Position numbers and translations under genes: made by a program
Assembly (NCBI GenBank): GCA_050250935.1
Contig: JBFWNS010000009.1
Coordinates: 1 to 64,000 of the forward strand
Origin: Candidatus Margulisiibacteriota bacterium
GTDB taxonomy: Bacteria > Margulisbacteria > Marinamargulisbacteria > JBFWNS01
Length of the DNA: 64,000 nucleotides
Reading direction: 5' to 3'
Notes under the pieces: model-generated
Databases searched by the model: none
Seen by the model: only the letters and a program-made list of their open reading frames with translations
Told to the model about the DNA's origin: nothing
In this document: piece after piece, positions 28,782 through 39,800 of the stretch
Position numbering within the stretch: the stretch's first letter is position 1
How the letters are laid out: the number at the start of each line of letters is the position of its first letter

Positions 28782-30641
28782 ATGTCTACACCCGCATTTG
28801 GTCAGGTTTTTTTTAAGGTTATTTCAACCCACGCAACAGATGTTGCCCAGCCTTCGAAACCGAAGTACGGGATGTTAGCGCCAGGCTTATTGCCCGAGCC
28901 AGTAACTCGGTTAGCGGCAGGATTGAACACTCTTGGACCAGCGTTGGCGTTTGGTTTATTGCCCGAGCCGGTAGCGGGGTCCGTTTTTCATCACGAACTG
29001 GGACTGGGCTTTGGTGGTTTTGGTGACGAGATGGAGCGTTCCCAATTAAGCACCGATTCAGAAGAACTTGCCACAAATTTTGCTAACTTTGCGGCTGCAT
29101 TCGAGGAAACATTTCCAGCTGCCGCATCAGAGGCTTTGGACTACCTAAAACCCTGGACTGGGGGGCTTAACGACGCCCTGGATATCCACCGTTTGCCCGA
29201 ATTTAAACGTCCGGAATTTGCGGAAAAGGCCATGCTTTTTTTGAAGCGTTTGGAGGGCGTCCACTTTGAAGGCCATCTTGATAACGAAAAAATGACCCAA
29301 TTGTATCGCATCGCGGCTTCGATTTCGATTTTTGCAGAATTGGGTATTTTGCCTTCAGACAAGTATGATTACAGACAAAAAGCCGACGCTGTTATGCAAA
29401 CCGTTGGCGAGAAGCTCCTTTGCAAGCCCGTTTTTGAATCATCTAATGGTCAGTTTAGGGTTCAAATTTCTTCGTCTCGGCACGACAATCAAGATGGCGT
29501 TCATTGCGAAGACCAGGACCCGTTAATGATCGTTGCGGATGGGGTTAGCAGCCCTCCGAGTCCTGAAGCGGCAAGGGTGGTAATCGACGAATTTAAACGT
29601 CATTTTGAGGTCGAAAAAAGTCGTTTGGACAACTTAGAATCGGACAACGAAAGGGCCGGGGCACTTCGAAGTATGTTGTACGACAGCATTTGTAGAGCCG
29701 GGCAGGCGTTGAGTGACTTTAACAAAACCAAAATGGTGGCGCTTTTTACCGAGTGTTTTTGGGAGAATATCCAAGATTCTCTTGAGACAGCCCTTCCAAG
29801 ACTGTCACCCTATTCCGAGATCCCGTCAGTTAATGTCGAAGCCCTGATGAAAGCACTAGAGGATAAGAAGGACGAGATTTCCAAATGGGCTATGGCCCAT
29901 TCATTCAAAGCATTTGGAAGAGAGCAAGTTGGAGAAATTATTAATTCTCTCGACTCTCCGGCACACCAAGTTTTGCGATCGCATATGGTGGCACTTGGGC
30001 TTGAAGTACCCCACATTCATTTGCCAACTTTCAAATTTGATGGCTATCAGTCGACCACAGCCACGGCTTCGTATGCAATGCGCAATCCAGATGGAAGTCA
30101 GGTTCTTGGCGTCATGTCGACCGGCGATAGCCAGACCTTTGTGCTTCGAGCAACCGTTCAGGATTCCAGCTTCTTAGAAGAATTTACGCCTTTGGTACAG
30201 GGTTTTGGAGATCGTGACTCGGAAAAATGGGGCCGACTTCGAGAGGAAATTTATTCGGTACAACAGATGCTCGATTACGATAATTCGAATCGAAAGCCTG
30301 CCTTATGGGAATGGGCCCCAAACAATGTTGCACACCACAACACTGCAACACGAAAAGAACGTGTGATCACTGATCCGCATGGGACTGTTTCGGGTACAAG
30401 TGCGCTTTACCATTTTGTGTCGGCCGTTGTGAATTCCACCGATGTGGTTCTTCAGGCCACGGATGGGATGATGGACTCTTTGGGCGAGCTTCACGACGTG
30501 GCAAAGGAGGCCGCTACAAGTTTAGGGTTACAAGATCCGATGGCAAGGGCAAAGTTAATGGTGGCCGTTGCCCTTATTTCAACAAACGTGAAGCCGGATG
30601 ATTTTACTGCGGTTATTCGGAAGATTTCGAGTTTGGGTTAG
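28782..30641 (+). CDS. Atypical PP2C-like phosphatase with a long N-terminal region and a large helical insertion
   Basis: AGGAGG SD; dispersed motifs QD, IVADGV, STT, TGDS, ATDGM, DDFT. Confidence 0.6.
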   Translation: MSTPAFGQVFFKVISTHATDVAQPSKPKYGMLAPGLLPEPVTRLAAGLNTLGPALAFGLLPEPVAGSVFHHELGLGFGGFGDEMERSQLSTDSEELATNFANFAAAFEETFPAAASEALDYLKPWTGGLNDALDIHRLPEFKRPEFAEKAMLFLKRLEGVHFEGHLDNEKMTQLYRIAASISIFAELGILPSDKYDYRQKADAVMQTVGEKLLCKPVFESSNGQFRVQISSSRHDNQDGVHCEDQDPLMIVADGVSSPPSPEAARVVIDEFKRHFEVEKSRLDNLESDNERAGALRSMLYDSICRAGQALSDFNKTKMVALFTECFWENIQDSLETALPRLSPYSEIPSVNVEALMKALEDKKDEISKWAMAHSFKAFGREQVGEIINSLDSPAHQVLRSHMVALGLEVPHIHLPTFKFDGYQSTTATASYAMRNPDGSQVLGVMSTGDSQTFVLRATVQDSSFLEEFTPLVQGFGDRDSEKWGRLREEIYSVQQMLDYDNSNRKPALWEWAPNNVAHHNTATRKERVITDPHGTVSGTSALYHFVSAVVNSTDVVLQATDGMMDSLGELHDVAKEAATSLGLQDPMARAKLMVAVALISTNVKPDDFTAVIRKISSLG

Positions 30642-30660
30642 GTGGGGGTTGGGGGTTACT

Positions 30661-30689
30661 TTGATTTATTTAGATAAATTATATATCTT
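30661..30689 (+). promoter_or_regulatory. sigma70-type promoter at the head of the secretion/toxin locus
   Basis: TTGATT-17 nt-TATCTT, 6 nt before GTG 30696. Confidence 0.55.
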
Positions 30690-30695
30690 ATTCAT

Positions 30696-32009
30696 GTGAG
30701 ACTTTTAGGAAAGTATTTAATTTCTCTTTTTGCAGCCCTGTCTATTGGACTTCCAATCGCCATCAACGCAAAATCCATAACGGTTATTAACACAAGATCC
30801 AATGGCATAGGCATTGCGTTACTGACGCCTTCACAATCTGTTCTGTCTGCTTCCATTGGAGACCCCAAAGGACAACAGCACTCGTTTATTCAACAAAAAA
30901 ATATTTGGTGGACTACGCTTTCTTTTAAAGACTGTTATCCTGGAATCTATGAATTACCCCTTACGCTTGAAAGCCCAGACGGGAGTATCAGTCAATCTGT
31001 AACAATTAACATTTCTGCAGGTAGCCCAGCCTTTAACGAAACGCAACACAAAATTGAAAATTCCTTATTTGAGATTTCATCGCTACTAAAAGCTAAATGG
31101 GCAGGGACTACTCAAGCCCAGAGAACAGAAGAGGAACAGGCACTCATCAATACGTTAATTCCCCTGTACAAAGAAGAAGCCACCCTCTTAATGAGACAAT
31201 TTGAAAGCTATCTTATCGCACAAAAACAGAGGGCTGATAGTCTTGATCAAACAGCAGGAAGCCTTCGGGTAAAATTGCAGGATGTTGAAAACCAATTGCA
31301 AAGCACCCGTGATTTGCTCAACATTCAGCAAGAATTAATCACGCTTCTACGCCAATATCCCACCACCACCCGAGGCCGGCTACATCGACAAACCCTTCAG
31401 CGAATTCGCGAGCTATATCGCCTATATTTTGCCAAACAATTTGAATCCGATGGCAATACGGAAGCAGAGGCCGAATCCATTAAGATTCAATCTCAAAAAA
31501 CATTTCAACAAAAATTAACCCTTTTAGGCCAAAGGGACACCCTGCTCAAACAAATTGCCAGCGAGTTAAATTCTGTCCCCCAAACCAACAAGTCTGAAAC
31601 CCTCTATTTTCCCAATCAAGAATGGCGAGGCTCCGATCAGATCTTGAACGCACTTGATTCTCATTTAACCACTCTTAGGATGGAAACAGCCCCCTCGTTT
31701 CCCACCGAAATAGAATCCTGGAGACTTTACCTTTTGGACCTTAAAAACGGGAGGTCTGATTTTAGGGCCATGTGGCCATCCGATCGATCTGAAGTTGAGC
31801 CCAAACAGTCGATAGAAGCACTAGAAACCCAGATTCGGATTGGCCTGATTGCACTCAATCAAGCATTGGCCAAAAAAGAACTCGCTACGCTTCAACTTCA
31901 AAAGGAAAAATTGAATCAAGAAAAACAAAGCAAAGAAGAAAAAATTGATGAACTGAATGCCCTCCTCAACACGATAAATGAGGGAATCAAAAAAAAAATC
32001 ATCCAATAA
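30696..32009 (+). CDS. Exported protein (signal peptide, beta domain, coiled coil); probably the N-terminal part of the barrel gene that follows
   Basis: MRLLGKYLISLFAALSIGLPIAINA signal; Q/E/L heptads; ends just after an A10 tract. Confidence 0.7.
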   Translation: MRLLGKYLISLFAALSIGLPIAINAKSITVINTRSNGIGIALLTPSQSVLSASIGDPKGQQHSFIQQKNIWWTTLSFKDCYPGIYELPLTLESPDGSISQSVTINISAGSPAFNETQHKIENSLFEISSLLKAKWAGTTQAQRTEEEQALINTLIPLYKEEATLLMRQFESYLIAQKQRADSLDQTAGSLRVKLQDVENQLQSTRDLLNIQQELITLLRQYPTTTRGRLHRQTLQRIRELYRLYFAKQFESDGNTEAEAESIKIQSQKTFQQKLTLLGQRDTLLKQIASELNSVPQTNKSETLYFPNQEWRGSDQILNALDSHLTTLRMETAPSFPTEIESWRLYLLDLKNGRSDFRAMWPSDRSEVEPKQSIEALETQIRIGLIALNQALAKKELATLQLQKEKLNQEKQSKEEKIDELNALLNTINEGIKKKIIQ

Positions 32010-35001
32010 GCCCATAGCCCAACAGCCAGAACACCTGGACCCCATCGTTCAAAATAATCCCAACCGTTATTATTACACGGGTACTGCCAACATCACGGCA
32101 ATCTTTGGAAGCGAGCACTCACCCAGCCAAGCGGCTGTTATTCTTCGAACTTCCGAGCCCCTTCAGGGACAAGCGTGGATTGAACGGGATGCCGTGTTTT
32201 ATCCGCTAACCCCAATCTCGACCACATTTTGGGTTGGCTATATTCCCATCAGTCCTCCCAACACGCCCATTTGGGTACGGATGGATACCGAGCAAAAAAT
32301 ATTTTACAAGGCGTTTACCCTTCCTTCCTCAAACACCACGGCCTTGTCCTTGCCAGAAACCGGGACTCAGAACCGGGTACCCTACGATCACAACACATCT
32401 GAAACGTTTTCGGTCCCCTATCAAACCATCGACTATACCGGGCAGAATTTCTTTCAGCCGGAACGGTGGATATCGTCGGTATCGGCAAATATGACTGTAA
32501 AGGGCGTCAAAACGGTCAGTATCCGAAACAAATTCATACGGGGAGTCAAAGACGGCTTTACACCCGGAACCGAAAGAGACGAATTGTTGCGCCTAACCGC
32601 ACAAGGGAAAGTTAACGATATCGAGGTTAATGCTACCATTCAAGATTCTTCCACGGTTTTAGACGATACCAATAAAAATAGCATCGAACTCAAAAGCAAA
32701 GACTGGGAGCTCTATTTTGGAGAATATTGGGCCAATCTGAATCAAACCGAGCTTATGGCTTTTAATAAGCGCTTGGACGGGGTTAAGGGCCTTTATCGAT
32801 TTGGTCCGTTTCAAGTGACGGCTATGGTTTCCGAATCGAAGGGACAAGCCGGATTTGACCAATTGTACGGCTTTAATTCTCAAGGTCCTTATGCGTTGGG
32901 GAATCGGCCGCTTATTTTATATTCTGAAAAAGTCAAATATCATGGCCAACTCCTTGTTCGTGACATTGATTACAGCATCGACTATGAGCTTGGCAAAATA
33001 ACCTTTTTAAAATTTGTTATCCCCAATACCGATCTTTTTACCGTGGACTATGAATATTCCGACACAACCTTTAAACGGACTTTTACAGCTGGCTATCTGG
33101 AGTACAATCAGCCAAAAACCGAAGTGCGCTCAACCCCAAACGCTCTGTCCATTGCACATATCGGGGTTTCGTTTCAAAGCCTGAACGACAGGGGGAGTGC
33201 TCAGGTGAGTAACAATCAAACCCTTATTGCACCCAAATCAAACTATGCCTTGGGAGTCGACAGTGTTTATACTTATGACACTTGGTTAAAGGGGCAAACA
33301 CAAGTCGCCGGATCCTACATTACCCAAACCGCGGTTAATAATCCGACCTCTAATTTGGGCCTGGCAGTAAAGCAAGGATTCGAAATTTCAACCCAAGAAT
33401 TTCAGCTTAAAGGTTCTGTTAAAAAACTTAGCTCCTCGTATCGGAGTATTGGAAATGCCTATTTGAACCCTGGTTTTTTTTCATATGATATTTTTACCCA
33501 CTATACTCCAAGCGCTTTTGGAACCCATACCCTTCAAACCGGACAAGAAAACTATCCAAAAGCAGATGGAAAAGTCGCCGCGCAGTATGTCGATTATAAG
33601 ACATCATTTGGAGCCCTCAGCTATGGGTATTACAAGAGACAAGACCAAGACCTGTCTTCGAAGGCCAATCCCTTTGATAAAACCATTGAAAGAAATAGTG
33701 GGGCTTTAACCACGCAATTGGGCATGTTTGAAATGAAACCCGGCTATCAAGTCGAGCGCAACACGGATACGTATTCCCCAACCAACAGCTACACGGCTGA
33801 ATCGATAAAATTAGATTCGAGAATTATCGGGCTAGAAAATATCCAAATAGGATCTTCATTAGAACTTCAAAACCAAAAAAGGGCCACCGGCTTACTTTCT
33901 CATCGCAATAGCGCAGGCATTAACACCCAAATCGCGTGGGGCAGCGATTATTCTGTAGATGCCATCGCAAGCGCTGTTGATGATTCCCAAGCAGGTAAAT
34001 CAGCCTTGGCTGTTATGAACTATTCACTCCGTCCTCTACGAAACCTAAAACTGAACGGTAATTACAGCCTAGAAACCATTGAAGAGACTTTGGGTACAGC
34101 TTCGTATCGGGTCATGAATCATCAAGGGAATTTTCAATTTAATTTTCGCCCCATCCACACCCTAAGCTTGGGGTATAAATTTAAGCCTACTTTTTCAGAA
34201 ATATTGGGCTCTAAAATCCGGTACGAGGATCGACTGGTCAACCAATATACGATTGGGCAGGATTTAACCGATTTTTGGACCTTGGGCTTGGACTACAAAA
34301 CCACGGACAAATTTTTACTTGATAAAAATCAACTTCCCCAGCAAATTCCCTCTCAAGTGGGAAACGAGCGTATATTGCTTTTTCAATCTGATACTCAGTT
34401 GAGTAATCAAGACACCATTCGATATGTCATTGAAAACAGCCTGTCCAGCCAGAAAAGTAGTCAAACCAAAACGACATCTTCCAATTACGAAACGGTGCTC
34501 TCGCAAAGCTTTCAACAGAGCGTGGAATTTACCCAGCAGATTACAGAAACCATCAAATTGGCGAGCGCCTATCGATTTAGCCATAGCATTAATGAACAAG
34601 TGATTGCCACCGCATCCAATACAGATACCGTTTCGCATACCGCAGAAGCCAGTTGCGAATGGAACCCGACAGGCTGGCTCAATTTAAAACTCACCGAATC
34701 TGGGGTTCAGAACCTCGATCTTAAACGAATCGTGCCGGATACCTATTTAATAGGGTCTCGCGTCGATTTTCGGATTCGAGCTGGTCAGAATTGGAGCATC
34801 GGTGGCTTTGGAGAACTGACCCAATCTTTTTTGGGACAAGCCACTTTTCACAAGCGAGGATCTTTTAACCTCCGCTACGATTCGAGCCTATTCCAAGTTT
34901 TAAACCTTACACTTTCCGCGCAAGTAGATTACGATGGGGAAACGGCGCCAGCAAACTATGACACCTACGATACCTTACTCAAACTTACTCTAACCTTCTA
35001 G
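31978..35001 (+). CDS. Large outer-membrane beta-barrel protein with a SprA-like motif (no signal peptide of its own)
   Basis: SEKV....LLVRDIDYSIDYELGKITF motif; long run of amphipathic beta strands; C-terminal ...LKLTLTF beta-signal. Confidence 0.7.
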   Translation: MRESKKKSSNKPIAQQPEHLDPIVQNNPNRYYYTGTANITAIFGSEHSPSQAAVILRTSEPLQGQAWIERDAVFYPLTPISTTFWVGYIPISPPNTPIWVRMDTEQKIFYKAFTLPSSNTTALSLPETGTQNRVPYDHNTSETFSVPYQTIDYTGQNFFQPERWISSVSANMTVKGVKTVSIRNKFIRGVKDGFTPGTERDELLRLTAQGKVNDIEVNATIQDSSTVLDDTNKNSIELKSKDWELYFGEYWANLNQTELMAFNKRLDGVKGLYRFGPFQVTAMVSESKGQAGFDQLYGFNSQGPYALGNRPLILYSEKVKYHGQLLVRDIDYSIDYELGKITFLKFVIPNTDLFTVDYEYSDTTFKRTFTAGYLEYNQPKTEVRSTPNALSIAHIGVSFQSLNDRGSAQVSNNQTLIAPKSNYALGVDSVYTYDTWLKGQTQVAGSYITQTAVNNPTSNLGLAVKQGFEISTQEFQLKGSVKKLSSSYRSIGNAYLNPGFFSYDIFTHYTPSAFGTHTLQTGQENYPKADGKVAAQYVDYKTSFGALSYGYYKRQDQDLSSKANPFDKTIERNSGALTTQLGMFEMKPGYQVERNTDTYSPTNSYTAESIKLDSRIIGLENIQIGSSLELQNQKRATGLLSHRNSAGINTQIAWGSDYSVDAIASAVDDSQAGKSALAVMNYSLRPLRNLKLNGNYSLETIEETLGTASYRVMNHQGNFQFNFRPIHTLSLGYKFKPTFSEILGSKIRYEDRLVNQYTIGQDLTDFWTLGLDYKTTDKFLLDKNQLPQQIPSQVGNERILLFQSDTQLSNQDTIRYVIENSLSSQKSSQTKTTSSNYETVLSQSFQQSVEFTQQITETIKLASAYRFSHSINEQVIATASNTDTVSHTAEASCEWNPTGWLNLKLTESGVQNLDLKRIVPDTYLIGSRVDFRIRAGQNWSIGGFGELTQSFLGQATFHKRGSFNLRYDSSLFQVLNLTLSAQVDYDGETAPANYDTYDTLLKLTLTF
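31989..31998 (+). repeat. A10 homopolymer at the frame junction of ORFs 30696 and 31978
   Basis: GGAATC-A10-TCATCC; A9 would read GIKKKSSNKP and fuse the two ORFs. Confidence 0.85.
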
Positions 35002-35094
35002 CCGTTTGTAATGTTCTAAAAAAATCACCCCTTTTATTTCGTCATAAAAAAAGTATAATCTACAAACTGTCGATTTATTTTTTCTTTTCAAGGA

Positions 35095-36036
35095 TTGAGA
35101 TTGCGTCACTTCGTGTTAATTTGCTTTATGATTTGCCTGTTTTATGGACGCTGCACAGCAAACGGGGAACAAGGGGGAAAAGATTTCGCCTTGCTCAACG
35201 TTGGTTTAGGCGGACGAGCTACAGGCATGGGGAATGCCTATAGCGCACTGGCTACAGATGGTAATTCGGCTTTTTGGAATCCTGCTGGCATGCTTTTTGC
35301 CCGAGCTTTTGAACTTTCCAGTATGCAAACCAAACTACCTTCGGATCTTGATGTCTACTATTTGACCTCTGTCTTTCAAGAAAAGAAAGACAAAAACAAA
35401 CCCAATAGTGCCTGGGGAATCTATTGGATAAACGGAGCCGTTCAGGATATCCCCCGTGTTACGGCCAATGAAGATACTGGCCCCAATACCGACGTAAAAC
35501 CAGCCTCTTCTTTTAGCTATCATGCGCAAGTTATTGGGCTTTCTTATGCCGGATGGCTCGATACCAATTTGGCTTATGGCATTAATGTGAGTGGGTTTTA
35601 TCAGGAATTTAGCTCTATCCAAAATGGGAAAGGCTACGGCGGATCCATAACCCCAAGTTTGTTATGGATGCCAAGCCCCCGGTTGATGGTTGGCACAGTC
35701 CTTCGAGATCTTATTAATACCCAGAAATGGGAAACGGGTTCCGTTGAGGACATCATTCCAGAATGGCGGGTAGGTGCAAGTTTATCCATCTTAGATCCGG
35801 TTCTTGTTACCGCCGAAATTCGCCAAAAACTTCGAGCAAGATACGCCCCAACTTTCCACATTGGATCGGAATACAACTTCGGTTTTCTTCGCATTCGAGG
35901 GGGATTTGACGAAAGCCATTATACTGCCGGATGTGGCGTTTACGCCGGCCCAATCGATCTCCAATACGCCTATGTTGGTAACGACTCGGACGGTATTGGG
36001 GACAATCATCGTATTAGTATAGGATTTGGATTATGA
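35095..36036 (+). CDS. PorV/PorQ-like (FadL-related) outer-membrane barrel
   Basis: Signal peptide; LNVGLGGRATGMGNAYSALATDGNSAFWNPAG; C-terminal LQYAY....GDNHRISIGFGL. Confidence 0.8.
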   Translation: MRLRHFVLICFMICLFYGRCTANGEQGGKDFALLNVGLGGRATGMGNAYSALATDGNSAFWNPAGMLFARAFELSSMQTKLPSDLDVYYLTSVFQEKKDKNKPNSAWGIYWINGAVQDIPRVTANEDTGPNTDVKPASSFSYHAQVIGLSYAGWLDTNLAYGINVSGFYQEFSSIQNGKGYGGSITPSLLWMPSPRLMVGTVLRDLINTQKWETGSVEDIIPEWRVGASLSILDPVLVTAEIRQKLRARYAPTFHIGSEYNFGFLRIRGGFDESHYTAGCGVYAGPIDLQYAYVGNDSDGIGDNHRISIGFGL

Positions 36037-36857
36037 AGAAGCGATTATTAACTTTATTTTGTTTTGCATGGATAGGTTTGACTGTGATTCCTACGCCAAC
36101 TTTTGGAGTCGATCAACAAGCCTTAAAAGACATTACGCGCATGCTCGGCAGTTTAAACCATATTCGCACATTAAAATGTGACGTAACCTCTGTTCAAAAA
36201 AACAGTCAAAAAACAACGACCTTAAACTACACTTTAATGGCAGACAACAATAACCAAAAGGTTGTGGTTTTTACATCCCCAATCAAAGTCACTTATGTTA
36301 AAAACAAAAAAGGCCTCTATATGGTCCGAAATGGAAACGCAGAAAAACAGAGCCCTAAAGCCCCCTTCCCTGTTGATGTGCCCAACCAGTTTTTAAATCA
36401 ACTAAAACTTAAAGATGTTACAGACAACTATACGTTTGTAACCAACAGTCGAAGCGCCGACGCGATTATTATCGACATGATCCCCGTTGGAACGGGTGGG
36501 CAATCTATTCAAGACGCCTTAAAAAAAGAGGCTGTCACCATGCTGAGATTTACCATTGGTCTTCCCTACTACACCCTTAACAAGGTTGAAATCTTTAAAA
36601 ACAATCGGCTAACCACCGAGGAGTGGGTAGAAGTTGATTACGAGATCATTCGCAACAAAGTTCTGGAAAAGACTGGGTTTTTTAGAAACACCTATTCGGA
36701 AAGCGATGCTCTCATGCTAACCCACACGCTGAGTGTTTCTCGGACTGAAAAAAACAAAGATGGAACTCCCAAGCAACAAGTTAAAGAAGTGTTTTATTCT
36801 AAAATCACCCTTAACGAAAAATTAGATCCCAAATTATTTGATGAAGAGGCCTACTAG
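36033..36857 (+). CDS. LolA-like periplasmic protein
   Basis: Signal peptide; IRTLKCDVTSVQ N-terminal strand; C-terminal ITLNEKLDPKLFD as in LolA-fold proteins. Confidence 0.55.
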   Translation: MKKRLLTLFCFAWIGLTVIPTPTFGVDQQALKDITRMLGSLNHIRTLKCDVTSVQKNSQKTTTLNYTLMADNNNQKVVVFTSPIKVTYVKNKKGLYMVRNGNAEKQSPKAPFPVDVPNQFLNQLKLKDVTDNYTFVTNSRSADAIIIDMIPVGTGGQSIQDALKKEAVTMLRFTIGLPYYTLNKVEIFKNNRLTTEEWVEVDYEIIRNKVLEKTGFFRNTYSESDALMLTHTLSVSRTEKNKDGTPKQQVKEVFYSKITLNEKLDPKLFDEEAY

Positions 36858-39800
36858 ATGAAAATCAACAAAAAGGGGCTCTTTTCTCTTCTTACATTTT
36901 CGACTTGGCTTTTATTTCTTTTTTGCCTTCTACAAAATCCTTCGCATGCGGCCTATTTGATTGAGTCGAACAATACAGTTCGTAACCATCTTCTATTGCG
37001 AGACATTCAGGGGAACACACAGATTGTAATCAACCTGAACAAAATGCCTTCAGCGAACGCTTCCCTGTTGTATCGAGAAGTGGGAAGCCAAGGGCCCAAT
37101 TTTGTTCTTTCCAAGCCCGGTGAAGCCTCGTTTTTGGATGGTTCAGATTTCTTTCGTTCTGGATTTGGAACGTTTTCTCCCCTTTTTCTATCGAACACCG
37201 CCTCAAACCGCCTGATCCCACCAGCTGAGTTTCATATTTTAGGCAGCAATTTTCTACTGACCAATACTATGAATGTTCAGATGATCTGGGAGATCGGCAC
37301 AGAGAATATTGCGTTGCAGCAAATAATGACCTTTGTTTCGGGCAACCCCAGTGTGGTCGCCGACTTATCGCCCTCTCAAAATAGCTATATTGTGCAAACT
37401 ACAGGCGGCCAATTTTGGGTTCGAAAATTGACACCTGACGGCGCATTTAGAGACAGCGACGGGGCCTCGATTACATCCATGGGGAACGCCGAAAGACTCA
37501 AAACCATTGTGGTTGATTTAATTCCCCCTCAATTGACCAGTTTTAACATCAGCAGCACCCCAAATGGGGCAACAGAAACACAGCTTTTTGATTTTACAGT
37601 TAACAAAGCAGGGACTTCCTATTTAAGGATTATGAACAAAGCCGATGAAACCTTGTACTTCAGCAGCATCTTGCCCGTTGTTACGGGAAATAATCAACTT
37701 CGTTGGAATGGCACATCCAGCCAAAACATCGCCCAGGATGGGGCGTTTTACTATGCTTTATTGACTGTTGACCCTGCGGGAAACACGTCTAATGTGGTTT
37801 CGGGCTCTATTTTATACGACCGATATCCGCCCACTATTACCCTCAAAGAAGGTCTGGCCCCACGCAAATTTTCGCCCAATGGGGATGGCCGTTTTGACAC
37901 GTTAATCACCACACTATCATCCAACGAACCCGTTACCCTTTCCTACCGCTTAACTGGTCCCGAAAACCAACTAATCACCAGTAACCGTGTCGAGCAAGCC
38001 GTAACCCAGTGTGTATCTGTCCTGGATTTCTCGCTCAAAGAAGGCCGTTATCTGCAAACCATCCAGGCTTTTGATAAAAAACACAATCTGACCACGGTGA
38101 GTTTTAATGTGGAAGTCGATCTGACATCCCCAACGGTTAGCTACTCGTTTGTCCCTAAATTTTCGTCTAAAATTGTAAAATCCCTTTTTCAATTCACGGT
38201 ATCTGAACCCGGAATTGCCACCCTATCTTTTGCCCAAAAAACCGTTACAACCGATATTGCTTTAGGGTCCAATTCGCTGCTATTGGATGGGTCAGACATC
38301 ACAGAAAACGTGTATGTCGCAACCTTAGATCTGATGGACCGTGTCGGAAACAACAGCACTGCATCGGTTTTGATTTTGGTCGATCGAACTCCTCCCCTTA
38401 TTACCGCATTTTCTGTTCCAGCGACCCTCAATATGACTCAGCAAAATCTGCTTTCTTTTGCTGCGACCGATGCCTTTTCGTCGTTTGGGTATGCCTTATC
38501 GCTTGTCGATGGCACTGGAAAAGAAATTCCTTTGTCCCGTCCCAGCACACCCAATATGTCGCCCACCGCCAATCTTGGAACTACCATTTCGATGAATGCC
38601 CTGATTGCCCAGGCCTTCCCCAACGGGACCGATGCTGCCTATATGCTTAAGCTCGATTTAACCGATACTCTTGGCAACAGTGTTTCTATCACCAGGAATT
38701 GTATCATTGGGTCCCGCCCCACCCTTCTTTTTGCGGCACCAATTGGACCAGTTTCGCTTAAAACAACGCCCCTTTCGATTCCAGTGCGTGCAACAGTTCC
38801 TGGGCAACTCAAAACATCGCCAGTTTTGATGCAGGTTATTAACAACCAGGGTGTCGTTGTTTTATCCGCAGTGTCCGATGCCAATGGCTATTTGGACAGT
38901 GGGACGCAAAATATTCGTATCGGGGGAACTGAAGAATCGACTTCGATTTTAGATGGTGTGTATCAACTTCTTTTTCAAAGCACCACTGAAGCCGGGATTG
39001 TGGCCACCTTCAGCACCACCATTGATATCGATCATGCTCCGCCGCAAATTGTGAAGCTAACGCCAATCAATGCTACCAGCAATTTGGCTCAATCGTTTCA
39101 ATTTATATTGTCTGGCGCGGACCGAACGCAAAAGCTGGGACAAATTACTGTGGGGTCACCAGATGGGCAAAAAATCTTAGCATCGATTCCGGCATCTGGC
39201 TCCGATACTGTTGTCACCTTTAACCCACGAGTACAGGGGCTATCTCTTGCAGATGGCGTGTATCGTTTCCCGGTAACGCTATCCGATTCTGTTGGCAATA
39301 GCGTCACGGCATCGATTTTCGCAACCATTGATACCGCTCCACCTGTTTTAAGTAGTGTAAGTCAAAATTTGACGACTTTTTCCCCCAATGGCGATGGAAT
39401 TGACGATATTTTCCATCTGATTATCGATGCCAACGAAAAATCACAATTAAAAGTCCAGTTTAAAAACCAAAGTGGGGCTGTGATTAAAACCATCACCCGC
39501 ACCGATTTTGCTATACACTGGGACATCGATTGGACCGGATATTCCGATGCCCAAGAATTAAAAGAAGGCGCCTATACCCTTTCGATTTTCTTAACCGATA
39601 TGGCTGGTAATACTACCCAACAATCCGGTGGAACTGTGGCAATTTCCAATACGGCACCTTCCATTCACAACCTGATGTTTTCTCAAGAAAAAATGTCCAT
39701 CAATCGACCGTTTACCCTTACATTTGATGTTCCCAACGATGGGAAGGTTTCGGCCAATATCACAGATACTTCAGGAAAAGCCATTCGAACACTGGCGAAC

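Noticed and set aside
28887..28969. 14-bp direct repeat TTATTGCCCGAGCC, 69 bp apart
   Set aside because: Only two copies, in frame within a CDS; not a CRISPR array or att site
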